From positions 121,129 through 185,128 of the forward strand of contig CAZNEE010000002.1 in the NCBI GenBank assembly GCA_964572255.1: DNA of 64,000 nucleotides, given 5' to 3'. This stretch comes from an uncultured Planctomycetia bacterium (GTDB lineage: Bacteria > Omnitrophota > Gorgyraeia > Tantalellales > Tantalellaceae). Positions 1 to 11,300 of this stretch are shown in pieces. Position 1 is the stretch's first letter; the number at the start of each line of letters is the position of its first letter. The translations under genes and the position numbers were made by a program. The notes under the pieces were generated by a model. The model was not told the origin of the DNA. It searched no databases and saw only the letters and a list, made by a program, of their open reading frames with translations.

Positions 1-309
1 CACGAAAACGCTTTCTGTCGCTCCAATAATAGATGATTTTATATGCGCGGGCGAATTGCCTTCGGAGTGATCATACCCCAAATTAGAAGGCACTATATGA
101 TTAAGACCTTTTATGATATCCGTCACAACATCAGGATCGGCATTCTCGTTTATGGTAACAGCGGCAGTAGTATGCGGGACATAAACATGACATACCCCTG
201 ATGTGACGCCGCTCTTACTGACAAAATCGGCCACTTCGGAAGTTATGTCGATTAATTGGTTCTGTCCGGATGAGGAAACGCTTATTGTCTTGTGAGATCT
301 ACTTGGCAT
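1..309 (-). CDS. YjbQ/UPF0047 family protein (secondary thiamine-phosphate synthase-like); C-terminus runs off the window edge
   Basis: Minus-strand translation from ATG at 309-307: MPSRSHKTISVSSSGQNQLIDITSEV...HSEGNSPAHIKSSIIGATESVFV. The EGxxNxxAHIKSSxxG motif is the YjbQ hallmark. Overlaps the aroB 3' end in a different frame. Not in the ORF track (partial). Confidence 0.5.
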   Translation of the reverse strand, partial: MPSRSHKTISVSSSGQNQLIDITSEVADFVSKSGVTSGVCHVYVPHTTAAVTINENADPDVVTDIIKGLNHIVPSNLGYDHSEGNSPAHIKSSIIGATESVFV

Positions 310-1429
310 ATTTCTTGAGAACCGTTTTTATGAGAAGCCCCGGTATATCTTCTATGATCTCAACCCGGCCTATGCGCTTGGGAAGAACAAACCGGTTAAT
401 ACCGGTTATGAATTTTTTATCGTATTCGTGCGAACTCAATATTTTATTAAGAGGTATGCCTTTAATATCTGATGGTAAGCCTGCCCTCTTTATGAGATCT
501 TTCATCCTGTCAAAATCAGACCCGCGCAGCATGAGCAGGTTCAACGCTATCTCTCCGGCGAGAAGCATCCCCACCGCTATCGCTTCGCCATGATTAAATC
601 TTTTTGAGTACTCACAAGCAGTTTCAATCGCGTGTCCCAGGGTATGGCCGAAATTAAGAGCTATCCTTATATTTTTATCATCGTATTCATCCTCTTCGAC
701 GATCACCGCTTTAATGGACACGCATTCATGAATGACCTCTTCGAGGACCTTCTTGTTCAGCGCCAAAAGCGCTTTCATGTTGTTTTCAAGATACCTGAAA
801 AATGACGGACTTGAAATTATGGCGTATTTTATCACTTCACCGAGCCCGTTCCTTATTTGCCTTTTGGGAAGATATTTAAGAAAATCCGTATCAATGATAA
901 CCGCGTTCGGCTGATAAAAAGCTCCTATTAAATTTTTTGCCTGAGGAAGATCTATGCCTACTTTCCCCCCTACCGATGAATCTACCTGCGCGAGAAGTGT
1001 AGTGGGCACCTGGATCAGCGGAACCCTTCTTCTGTATGTAGCCGCAACAAACCCCGCCAGGTCCCCTATCACTCCGCCGCCAAGCGCGATGATCAAAGGT
1101 TTGTGTCTCTTTGTATTTTTGCATATCTTGTGTACGGTATCTTCGTATACTTTTATAGATTTAGATCTTTCGGAGGCAGGCACAACGATCTGGTGCACTT
1201 CATTTGAAAGTTTTTTAAAAATCGGATCTACGATAGACTTGGTTTTAGCGGCTACGATCTTATCGGAAACAACAACTACGGGACCGGTGAATTTCATTCC
1301 TTCTATAATCCCAGGCAATTTCTTTATAGCGCCTGATCCGACATAGATGTTATAACTTCTGCCATCCAGCTTGAGTTTCACCTTTTTCATATATGAGCAA
1401 AATATATCATATGTATCTGTAAAAGGCAA
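299..1429 (-). CDS. aroB: 3-dehydroquinate synthase
   Basis: Motifs LIIALGGGVIGDLAGFVAA, VPTTLLAQVDSSVGGKVGI and NFGHTLGHAIE; length 376 aa. Confidence 0.85.
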   Translation of the reverse strand: MPFTDTYDIFCSYMKKVKLKLDGRSYNIYVGSGAIKKLPGIIEGMKFTGPVVVVSDKIVAAKTKSIVDPIFKKLSNEVHQIVVPASERSKSIKVYEDTVHKICKNTKRHKPLIIALGGGVIGDLAGFVAATYRRRVPLIQVPTTLLAQVDSSVGGKVGIDLPQAKNLIGAFYQPNAVIIDTDFLKYLPKRQIRNGLGEVIKYAIISSPSFFRYLENNMKALLALNKKVLEEVIHECVSIKAVIVEEDEYDDKNIRIALNFGHTLGHAIETACEYSKRFNHGEAIAVGMLLAGEIALNLLMLRGSDFDRMKDLIKRAGLPSDIKGIPLNKILSSHEYDKKFITGINRFVLPKRIGRVEIIEDIPGLLIKTVLKKYAK

Positions 1430-1454
1430 ATTTGGGCCTAAAAATGGCTATTCT

Positions 1455-1946
1455 TTAGCTGTAAAACGCAGAAATCAGATCCAGATGGCTTTGGAAAGGG
1501 ATTTCAGGCAGGTTTTCCTTGGAAAAATACGCGACTTCCGCTGCATCGTCCCCGGGGGCGGGATCGTCCTTATCGGTAATAAATTCAACCCCTATCACCA
1601 TGACATACTCATAAGTGCGGCTTTTCTGAAGATAGATGCCTAATAAACGGCCGGGCCGACCTTTAAGATTGGTCTCTTCCAACAATTCACGCTCTCCCGC
1701 CTCCTCGACAGTCTCGTCTATCTCGACAAATCCTCCGGGAAGCGACCAGTGGCCCTTGTATGGCTCGACACCTCTTTTAATGAGCAGAACTTCCCCATTT
1801 TTATTTGAAACAAGACATTGAATAACAGGGATCGGGTTGCGGTAATTTATCCAACCGCATTCGGGGCAGTTTAGGCGTTTTCTACCATCTATTTGATCCC
1901 ATTTAAGTTCGGAAGAACAAATAGGGCAAAATTTAAATTCTTGCAT
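1455..1946 (-). CDS. NUDIX hydrolase with N-terminal zinc ribbon (NudC-like)
   Basis: CPICSSEL...CPECGW zinc ribbon followed by Nudix box GGFVEIDETVEEAGERELLEETNL. Confidence 0.6.
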   Translation of the reverse strand: MQEFKFCPICSSELKWDQIDGRKRLNCPECGWINYRNPIPVIQCLVSNKNGEVLLIKRGVEPYKGHWSLPGGFVEIDETVEEAGERELLEETNLKGRPGRLLGIYLQKSRTYEYVMVIGVEFITDKDDPAPGDDAAEVAYFSKENLPEIPFQSHLDLISAFYS

Positions 1947-3610
1947 TATTGCTTCTTGAATATCGCTCCGGTTGCGGCAGAAGTTACTTGCTGGGCATAT
2001 CTATAAAGATATCCCTCTTTTATCTTGTAGTCAGGATGCTGCCACTTTTCGAGGCGTTTTTTTATTTCATCTTCGTCAACTAAAAGTTCCAGTTTTTTAT
2101 TAGGTATATCTATCCGGATCTTGTCCCCTTCTTTAACGATAGCTATGGGACCGCCTTCCTGAGCTTCAGGAGAGATGTGTCCGATCGCTGCACCGCGTGT
2201 GCCGCCCGAAAATCTCCCGTCAGTGATAAGAGCAACGTCTTTATCCAGACCTTCACCCACAATTGCTGAAGTAGGGCTTAACATCTCACGCATTCCCGGT
2301 CCGCCTTTAGGCCCTTCATAACGAACGACTACAACATCGCCCTTTTTTATCTTTTTCCCCAGAATAGCTTTCATGGCATCTTCTTCCGAATCGAACACCC
2401 TTGCGGGACCTTCATGAACGAGCATGCTTTCATCGACCGCGGCTTTTTTGACCACGGCGCCGTCCGGACAAAGATTACCGAAAAGTATGCTTAACCCTCC
2501 ATCCGGTGAATACGGAGAATCTATCGGATGAATAACTTCCGGATCCAGGTTCTTTACATTCTTTATGTTGTCTTTTACTTTCTCTCCGGTAACGGTCATA
2601 GCATCAGTATTTATCAGATTTTTCTTGCTTAGTTCCAATATCACGGCTGGAATACCGCCAGCTGCATCAAGATCCTCTATATGATAAGTCCCCGCCGGTG
2701 ATATGCGGCACAGGTTCGGCGTACGTTCACTTACCTTGTTAAAAAGCTCAAGATCGAGTTTTATGCCGGCCTCGTTGGCTATCGCGGGGAGATGGAGAAC
2801 AGTATTTGTGGAACTCCCGAGCGCCATTTCAACAGCTACCGCGTTCTCAAAAGCCTTTTCGGTGGCTATATCCCTGGGTTTTATGTCTTTTTTAACAAGT
2901 TCCACTATTCTCTTGCCCGCTTCCACGGCAAGAAACCGTCTTTTTTCGGAAACCGCCGGGTAAGTCCCGTTGCCGGGCAGGCCCAGGCCCAGGGCTTCGC
3001 TTAGGCAGTTCATGGAATTGGCGGTAAACATTCCCGCGCATGAACCGCACCCGGGGCAAGCTGTATTTTCCAGTTCTTTCAGTTCTTCCTCGGTTATTTT
3101 TCCGGATGAATGCGCACCGACGCCTTCAAAAACAGTAATAAGGTCGATCGCCTTGCCGTCTTTTTTACCCGCGAGCATGGGGCCGCCGCTAAAGAAAATA
3201 GCGGGGATATTGAGCCTCAGCATCGCCATCATCATGCCGGGAACGATCTTGTCGCAGCTGGCCATACATAGAAGGCCGTCAAACGCGTAAGCCATACCCA
3301 TGGATTCAACGGAATCGGCGACTATCTCCCTCGAAGGAAGAGAATATTTCATGCCTTTATGCCCCATGGCTATACCGTCGCATATCCCTATCGTATTGAA
3401 TTCCATGGGAGTGCCGCCCGCCTCCCTGATGCCTTCTTTAACGGCTTCAACCAGGCCTCTGAGATGAATATGTCCGGGGATGACTTCATTAAAAGAATTC
3501 GCGATCCCTACTATGGGACGCGACAGATCCTCATCCGTGTAACCCATCGCCTTAAAAAGTGAGCGATGAGGAGCCCTTTCAATGCCTTTTTTCATTTGGT
3601 CTGAACGCAT
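1946..3610 (-). CDS. ilvD: dihydroxy-acid dehydratase
   Basis: 554 aa; [11 protein letters not shown] and [16 protein letters not shown] motifs typical of IlvD/EDD family. Confidence 0.9.
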   Translation of the reverse strand: MRSDQMKKGIERAPHRSLFKAMGYTDEDLSRPIVGIANSFNEVIPGHIHLRGLVEAVKEGIREAGGTPMEFNTIGICDGIAMGHKGMKYSLPSREIVADSVESMGMAYAFDGLLCMASCDKIVPGMMMAMLRLNIPAIFFSGGPMLAGKKDGKAIDLITVFEGVGAHSSGKITEEELKELENTACPGCGSCAGMFTANSMNCLSEALGLGLPGNGTYPAVSEKRRFLAVEAGKRIVELVKKDIKPRDIATEKAFENAVAVEMALGSSTNTVLHLPAIANEAGIKLDLELFNKVSERTPNLCRISPAGTYHIEDLDAAGGIPAVILELSKKNLINTDAMTVTGEKVKDNIKNVKNLDPEVIHPIDSPYSPDGGLSILFGNLCPDGAVVKKAAVDESMLVHEGPARVFDSEEDAMKAILGKKIKKGDVVVVRYEGPKGGPGMREMLSPTSAIVGEGLDKDVALITDGRFSGGTRGAAIGHISPEAQEGGPIAIVKEGDKIRIDIPNKKLELLVDEDEIKKRLEKWQHPDYKIKEGYLYRYAQQVTSAATGAIFKKQ

Positions 3611-3624
3611 ATCCTTCTCCTTTT

Positions 3625-4593
3625 TTACTTATATGCAATCCCTTTTAATTCTTCCACATATTGCTGAGCTGAATAAGCGGCCGTTGCCCCGTCTCCGCAG
3701 GCCGTTACGACCTGGTGTAAAACTTTTTTCGTGCAGTCTCCGCACGCGAATATACCGTTCTTTGAAGTTTTCATCGCCTCATCGACTATGATATTGCCTT
3801 TTTCCCCAAGCTCGACTACTCCATCAACAAAATCCGTACTCGGATGCCATCCGGTAAAAATAAAAACCCCCTCGCACGTGATCTCTTTCTTTTCGGCTGT
3901 ATCCACATCTCTAATGATAACTCTATTAACTTTCTCGTCGCCCTCAATACTTCCCACAACGGATTTCCATACAAATTCTACTTTTTCATTAGCCGAAATT
4001 TGTTCCTGCAGTATTCTGGCCGCGCGCAGGCGATCTCTTCTATGAATAAGAGTTACCTTGCTCGCAAAACGCGTAAGATAAAGCGCTTCTTCAACTGCGG
4101 TATCTCCGCCCCCCACAACTACAATTTCTTTATCTTTGAAAAATGCAGCGTCACAAATTGCGCAATAGGAAATACCTTTTCCCAAAAATTCTTTCTCGCC
4201 GGGAACATTCAACTTCTTCGGCCTGGCTCCGCTGGCGACTATAACAGAAAGTGCTTTATATGTTTTGTCTTCAGTCTCTGTTTTGCAAAGCAGGCAATCG
4301 TTTTCTTTTTCTTGATCAATGGATCTCACTGTCCCTGTCGTGCATTCAAGACCAAAGTTCTGAGCCTGTTTTTTAAATATATTTACAAGTTCAAATCCCC
4401 CGACACTTTCGATCCCGGGATAATTCTCTATTTTTTCCGTCATTGTCGCCTGGCCTATAACAGAAAAACTCTCAATTAAAAGAGTTTTCATGCGGGCTCT
4501 GGATGCATAAATCCCCGCTGTTAGCCCTGCCGGACCGCCGCCGACAATTATTATGTCATATACTTCTTGAGGAATATTCAACTTCCTATGCAT
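3625..4593 (-). CDS. trxB: thioredoxin-disulfide reductase
   Basis: FAD motif [14 protein letters not shown], redox CAICDA, NADPH motif [14 protein letters not shown]-terminal GDCT. Confidence 0.85.
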   Translation of the reverse strand: MHRKLNIPQEVYDIIIVGGGPAGLTAGIYASRARMKTLLIESFSVIGQATMTEKIENYPGIESVGGFELVNIFKKQAQNFGLECTTGTVRSIDQEKENDCLLCKTETEDKTYKALSVIVASGARPKKLNVPGEKEFLGKGISYCAICDAAFFKDKEIVVVGGGDTAVEEALYLTRFASKVTLIHRRDRLRAARILQEQISANEKVEFVWKSVVGSIEGDEKVNRVIIRDVDTAEKKEITCEGVFIFTGWHPSTDFVDGVVELGEKGNIIVDEAMKTSKNGIFACGDCTKKVLHQVVTACGDGATAAYSAQQYVEELKGIAYK

Positions 4594-4595
4594 TA

Positions 4596-5249
4596 TTATT
4601 CTCTTTCGCCAAATATCTTTGTTCCTATTCTAACAATATTCGCGCCTTCTTCAATAGCTATCTTATACGAATTTGTCATGCCCATGGAAAGATACTTCAT
4701 CTCAACATTCGGCATGTTCCCCTTTTTTATTTGATCGAATACTTTTTTTGTTTCGGTAAAGTACGGCCTTGCACCCTCGGGGTCTCCCGAAAATGGCCCC
4801 ATGGTCATGAGTCCGGCAACTTTTATATTCTTAAACGCGGATATTTCTTTCACGAGATCTGTCGCTTTTTCCGGAAAAACACCGAATTTCTGCTCTTCCC
4901 TCCCGCTATTAATTTCAACAAGAACCGGCATAACTTTATTTATCGCTTCGCATCTTTTATTGATCTCGTCCGCCAATTCTATTGAGTCCACCGTCTCTAT
5001 TAGATCGAAGACTTCAACAGCTTTTTTTACCTTCCTTCTCTGAAGATGCCCTATAAAATGCCACTTGACCTTCTTGCCGACCGCATTATATGCTTCAAGG
5101 GCTTCCTGCACATAATTTTCCCCGACAATTTTAATGCCCGCTTCAACGGCTTCTAAAACTTCATAAGGCGTTCTTGCTTTAGCCGCGGCAACAAGCTCTA
5201 CGCCTTGAGGAAGCTCGTCTAATATTCTCTTCACATTCTCTTTGATCAT
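4596..5249 (-). CDS. yggS: YggS family pyridoxal-phosphate homeostasis protein
   Basis: 217 aa; LVAAAKARTP...IVGENYVQE...HFIGHLQRRKVK...GMTNSY pattern of the YggS/PLPHP family. Confidence 0.8.
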   Translation of the reverse strand: MIKENVKRILDELPQGVELVAAAKARTPYEVLEAVEAGIKIVGENYVQEALEAYNAVGKKVKWHFIGHLQRRKVKKAVEVFDLIETVDSIELADEINKRCEAINKVMPVLVEINSGREEQKFGVFPEKATDLVKEISAFKNIKVAGLMTMGPFSGDPEGARPYFTETKKVFDQIKKGNMPNVEMKYLSMGMTNSYKIAIEEGANIVRIGTKIFGERE

Positions 5250-5315
5250 AAGTAAAAGTCATTATAAGGCGTAAGCATCTTTTAGGCAAGGTTCTTATGC
5301 GGAAAACAAGAAATA

Positions 5316-8300
5316 TTAAGCCGCTGCTCTGACTCCTAATTCCCTGTAAAATTCTTTCTTGAGGAGTTCTCTATCAATGGGCTCTGCTTTTGGCATGAAA
5401 GTAAATACCCTCGGGCTATCTTCATCAAACTCCAGCCCTATCTCGGGATAACTCTTCTTCAGTTCACTGATCAAGACTTCGAACGGTAAAACTTTATTAA
5501 AGGCAAGCTCTAAAGCCATGTTAATCATATCAACGATCCTTATGTAATTTTCTTCATTCCCATTCTCCGGCCGCTTATTGATCTGTTCAGGATCGATCCT
5601 CACCAAAAGCGCCCTGTCTCCCGTTTTAGGATCATGTAAAGGCTTGAACGCTTCTTCTTTTACTATATCCTCATGCCCTAAAACGATGATGTTCGAAAAG
5701 TTGACTTTTTTATTATCTGCTTCTTTCAGCAGCTGTCCGGCGAAATCATCCCCCTCTTTCCTGACAATATGGATATTTTTGATCCCGAGGCTTCCGGCGA
5801 TCCTGTATATCTCGCTTAAAAGCGGTTGTATTATATCGGCCTGTTCTTTTGGTATCCAGCTGGTCTCCAGCCCGATCATAATATTTTGTTCGTCATTTTT
5901 GACCCCCCCGCCAAGATCCCCATTTTTAACTTTATCGGCATAAAACCTGAGCATATCCATGAAAAGCATTGCCATCTCCTGAGCCCTGGTAAATTTGCCT
6001 TCTGTCCGCTTCCCTGCGGAAGGTTTATGTCTGATAAAATATAACGCGCTGTTATACACATGCTTGCTGTCCTTATAACTCGTTTCGACATCCATGATAT
6101 CGCCAGTGATCCCGCTCAATATTCTATATTTTCCGGCCGATCTGAGTATCTCGGCCACGGCGTCAATATCGCCCAGCTTTTCATCACGGGTTATGCACGG
6201 ATCATTCCATATCATCGCTATTCCATCATCATGGAGCATGACCGGCAATGCGCGGGCAAAGCGACTTAATGCGTCTCCCCCGATATCGCCGTCCCAATAG
6301 CTTGCAAGTTTTTTGTGCCAGGCGGGCACACTCTCTCCCGGCGAATCGATCAAGTTAGGCATGTTCCAGATGATCCTGTCGAAAACGCCGTCAAAAACAG
6401 GTTCTCCGTTTTCTGAAATTATATTATCATGGGTCACGGTCTCGATATCAAACCCGGCTATCTTAGCGGTCAGGCGAGTGTTTGCCGCTGCAAGCGGATT
6501 TATATCAACGGCATAGATCTTTCTGCCTGTTTTAAGATACGCTATCCAGCTGTCTATGCCCGAACCGGAACCCGCGATCAAGACCCTATGCCCCTTATCC
6601 AATCCTATATCATTCCACATAGCAGGGATTATCTTGGCATCAGAAACCGTCATTTCCGCCGGCGTATATACAGTGGGAAATACCGGGATAATGATCTTCT
6701 TTTTGCCTTCTTCTTCTTTAAAAATTCTTTCAAAATCCTGGTCGGATAATGTTTCCGGGGTAAAGGTCTGTATATCTATTTTTCCTGTCAGGGTATCAAC
6801 CCCGATATAATTATAGATATCTGTTTCCTGGCGGTTGAAATTTGAAATAAGCTGGCCTTGTCTTCTTCTCTCAGCGGCAAAAGAAAGCAGCAGCTTCTTG
6901 TCCGCATTCCTTCTTGTTATGAAATCTTTCCATTTCTGCGCGGCCTCAGGATCGGTCATATCGGGAAAAACAAAATTGTAAGGCGTAAGATCCAGATAAT
7001 AGATTTCATCCTGTGCGGGAGCGCCTTTGACAACAGGAAATATCCCTATTAAAAGACCCTGTTCATTATGTAAAAACTCGAATTCCCTTGTTTTCTCTCC
7101 GGCAAGTTCTCTATAAAGCACATCTAATCCGCGCGGAGTTCCGTACATCATAGATGTTTCGGGGATCCTTATCGTGCGAATGATGGTATTACTCCACCCT
7201 TGTCTTTCGGAAATTATACCGGCCTTATTGATCTCCAATGCCTGCAGGAACTCCCACGAAGCCATGTCTTTATAAAAAGCTGCGTCAGCCTCCTGCGCCT
7301 TGACCAATTTTGTTCCCGTTGCAACTGCTTCTTGTTTCTTGCCTGGAATGAAACGAACTTCAGATCTTATCTTTCCCTCGATATTGTCCAGTTCATCCAA
7401 AACATAATCACCAAAGATTTTTACTGCCTTTCCTTTTATGGGAACATCCGATACAACAAATGTACTGTCATCAAAAACTTTTATGAACTTATGAAAACGT
7501 TCTTTATTGTCAGTATCTTCGATATATACAGGAATTTTTTCCGCAGAATAAGCCTCTCCGACAACGGCTTCGAACGGTTTAAATCCCCTGTTTTTCCTTC
7601 TGAAATCAGGCCCTATATACTCATCTCCTTTCAGTTCAAAACCCAGATCTTCCACAACACTCACCAGGAAAGGATTCTGAACAAAAATGCCAAATTCTAT
7701 GTAGTAAGAACCGTTGTAAATAGCCCCCTGTTTCAGTCCGGACAACAGAACTTCCAGGAATGCCCGGGCGTACCCTCTATTCCTGTAAAGATTATCAACA
7801 AAAATACAATCGATTTCCGTGTCATTAAATCTGATATAACCAACAGGATCCCCATCCCCGCCGTAAAAATCCAGACTGCCATGATTCTCGGAAGACATGG
7901 GGAAATATTCGAAGAACAGTTTTTCATTATTGGGTGTAATAACATGCCCTGAGTAGCCTTCTTCTTCGAAAATGCTATTGCAGACTTCAGTTATTTCAAT
8001 AACCTCAGGATATTCCTCGGCAAAAGTCGCTGCTGTCAACCTTCTCTCTTTTAATGACCTCAAATAAGGCCCGACCATGATAGAACCAGTGTGATCGCCT
8101 TTCATCCAATAAGCGCCATCAATATAAGTAACAGGGGTATTATTCTCTAAAATAGCGACCCAATTATGCGTATAAGGCTTATCAAAGCCCCAATAATATC
8201 CTCCGACAACTTCCACTCGGCTGGGCGAATCCCCTCCCAATGGTAATCCATATTTCCTGGAAATGATCTCCGCCAGAGCTAAGGCGGAAATATAGCATTC

Positions 8301-11300
8301 TTTTACCGGGTATCCTTTTTTCACTTTTTGCCGCATAAGTTCCGTAAAACGATTTTCAATAGCTTTGAGATGCAAATACAAATTATCATCCGATGGCAGC
8401 ACTGAATGCGGATCTTGAACCTTGCCGTCACCGTAACCCGGAGGTCCGGGTTCGGATTTTAATTCGTTCTCTCCATCATACACCCTTATGCCCGAAGCCC
8501 AATCACTCTTATCGTACGGCCAAACTGTTACTTTCTTTCCTCCATGCCTAACTCCGATATAATATGGTTGCCCCATTAACGTTATGCTTCCATCTTTTCC
8601 GATCTTTCTTTCTGCAGGTATTGAGGGTTTTTTACGTACCACCTTTTTTCTCGGCTTTTTGACCATCTCATGCTTTTTACGTTTCTTTGTTCCTTTATTA
8701 TGGGAATTATAGCTCTCGATCAATCTTTCTACGGAATATTCTCCTGCAACTTCTTCCTCACTTTTTTCTTCCCCCTTCATCCTGTACCCAAGATGCGCGA
8801 CTTCATGGTTAAGCCATCTGGCATAAGAAACTAGATCATTTCTTCTGATCATTCCCAGAAATTCAAGAACTTTGCGCGGGATCAGCAGATTGCAGGAACG
8901 CGCAGCGCCATTTTCATCTCTCCAGGACCCGGGGTGAGTGATAAGTCTGAACGAACCTTTTTCCGGAAAAGAGATATTGCTTGTTTCTGCAAATTTATAA
9001 AGAACATCATAGAAATATTTCTCGGGGGGGCTATGTATATGGATCTCTTCTTCTATGCCCCTGCTTCTCATCTCGCTTAAGATATCTTGCCCTAATCCTT
9101 TTTCTGTTGAGATCTTATGATCTCTTTCAAATACATCCCAATAAACCCCCCATGTTTTATTGATAACGGCGTGCTGCTGGGCATTTAACACATACTGAAC
9201 CCATCTGCCGTCTTTTTTTACTAAAGCAATCGCGGGCGGATCATCGGAAGGAATGCCTTTTTTCTTATCCGATAACCTTGGCGATTCAGGCATTTTCCGT
9301 CCCCGGGAATAATTAAAACCTCTTCCATATCTGTCTCCGCTTCTTCTTTCTCCATCAATGTAAAACGTCAATTTCGGGCTGACTTCCTTGACTTTCACTG
9401 AGACAGCTTCACCTTCACTAAATCTTTTGCCTCCGCAAAGACTAAGGGGCATGAAACCTTTAACTTCTCCCTCATAAACAAGTTCATATCCCGCCAATGA
9501 ACCATCGCTCCTGCGGCGAGACTCTCTATTTACGAACACCTTAACTTCCTCTCCCGATCTCTCAGCTGCCTCCAATTCATACAATAGATCTCTTTTTCTT
9601 TCATTCGCCATCATCTGTCTTCGGCGAATAGAGAACCTGGGTTCGGGAATTATCCCCCTCCATTTACAATCGACGAGAACAACGTTCACTTTTCTGCCAA
9701 GCATATCATCAGGATTAGTTCCATAGGGGCATTCTCTCGAGCTAATGCGTCCTTTTATCTCCTTGAATTCAACCACGTAGTAGTCAAATTTGCCTCTATA
9801 ACTGTAATGATCTTCCACGATCTTGACCCTAAAAACTTTTTCAGGATCATCTTCCCCCTGCTTTATCTCTCTGATACCTAAATGATAATTAAAGACGGAT
9901 TTTGCTTTTTCGTCCAACTTGTCCAAAATAGCCTTTGATATTTTTTTATATTCATCTTCTTCTTTGCTGACCAAATAAGAAAACTCTGCGGGTTTTTCTA
10001 TTCTGCGCCTTGCATCAACAAACCTGTTCAAGTCCGCTTCTGCAATACAGTTTTCCGCTTTTCTTTTTGCTTTTGGCAAACCATGTTTTTTTAAATATAA
10101 AAAAGCCTCCAGGCTTGACAGCCTGCCTAAGCCGTCTATTTTCCCTTCAGCAGCCAACTTCATTCTTTCTTCGATCCTTTCATCTAAAAGGACTATTATC
10201 CTAATCTTTTCCCGGAAAAAAGCTTCCCTCTCTCCGAGCTTTAGGGCTTTCCATGCCCTATCGGAAAGTTTGAACTTATCACGTCTCCTGCTGTCGCTTT
10301 TCAGTAATTTACGTTCTTCCAAAAGGTCAATGACGTCTATAAGTTTGATCCGCTCATCATGAATCTTTTTCCTTACATGATCTCTCATTTCCCCTAAGAC
10401 ACGATCGGCTTCTTTCTTTGCATCTATTTCCGGCAATAATTCCGGGCGTTCATCCAAAACTTTATCGAGAAACACCGTAAAATGATCCGCCAGATCATCA
10501 TCACCCATGCTCCTAAGCTCTCCCAGGCGCCTGCGCATTTCATCAACCGCATAAGATGCTCTTTCAGGTTTCTCTTCACGTATAATCTCAAGGATATCAT
10601 TGAGCTCATCTCTCGTTCTTTCTCCCGAAGAATGAGTATCTTCACTTCCTTTATCCTTATCCGCGGGCTGGTCTGTGTGGGGCGTACCCGGGCCGAAACC
10701 GTCGGTCTTATCTTTATTGTACAAAACCTTAATGCTGAAATTTGGACTGCCCCCCTTTAAGGGGCCTGTCCTTCCGCTCAACATTATTTCTTTCACATCG
10801 GCGTTAAACTTTTCAGGAGCATCTCTCGGTATCCGCGGCTTGCCTCTTATTTCTATTAATACGTCTTCAACCGACTGAGCCACAACGCCGATTACCTTAT
10901 TCCCGATCTTAACGACCAGTTTTTCGTCTATTGTAATAACGGTGCCTTCCCTTAACTCTTTGACAAGCTCCAGTTCCTCTGTCCATTCATTACGTTCTAT
11001 CTTATATTTATTCTTTGTTCCTTCAACATGCTTTAAACGGAGATAAGCCAGCGGAAATACTGTTTCTATGTCTCTGATCTCGATCTCGCCCATCACATCA
11101 TAACTCCAGAAGCCTTCACCTGTCTTAGCGTCATTAATATCCTCGAAGCTTTGCCACTCCCGGCTTTTTTCGTAATTAAGAAGATCTCCGGAATAGAAAG
11201 TGACCTTTATTTCGTCAGCGAAATATTTTTTGAACACGTGTAGGTTATATAGCCAGGGTGTATCTATATAAATTTCATTGATCCCGTTTGTGACAGCAAA

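Noticed and set aside
270-593. 107-aa + strand ORF at the window start
   Set aside because: Antisense to the well-supported aroB gene, with no RBS; an artefact of the open antisense frame.
7200-7952. 250-aa + strand ORF (and many other 60-140 aa + ORFs between 5578 and 16605)
   Set aside because: All lie antisense within the giant minus-strand ORF. Low-complexity Ser/Leu/Phe-rich translations typical of the reverse frame of a K/E-rich gene.
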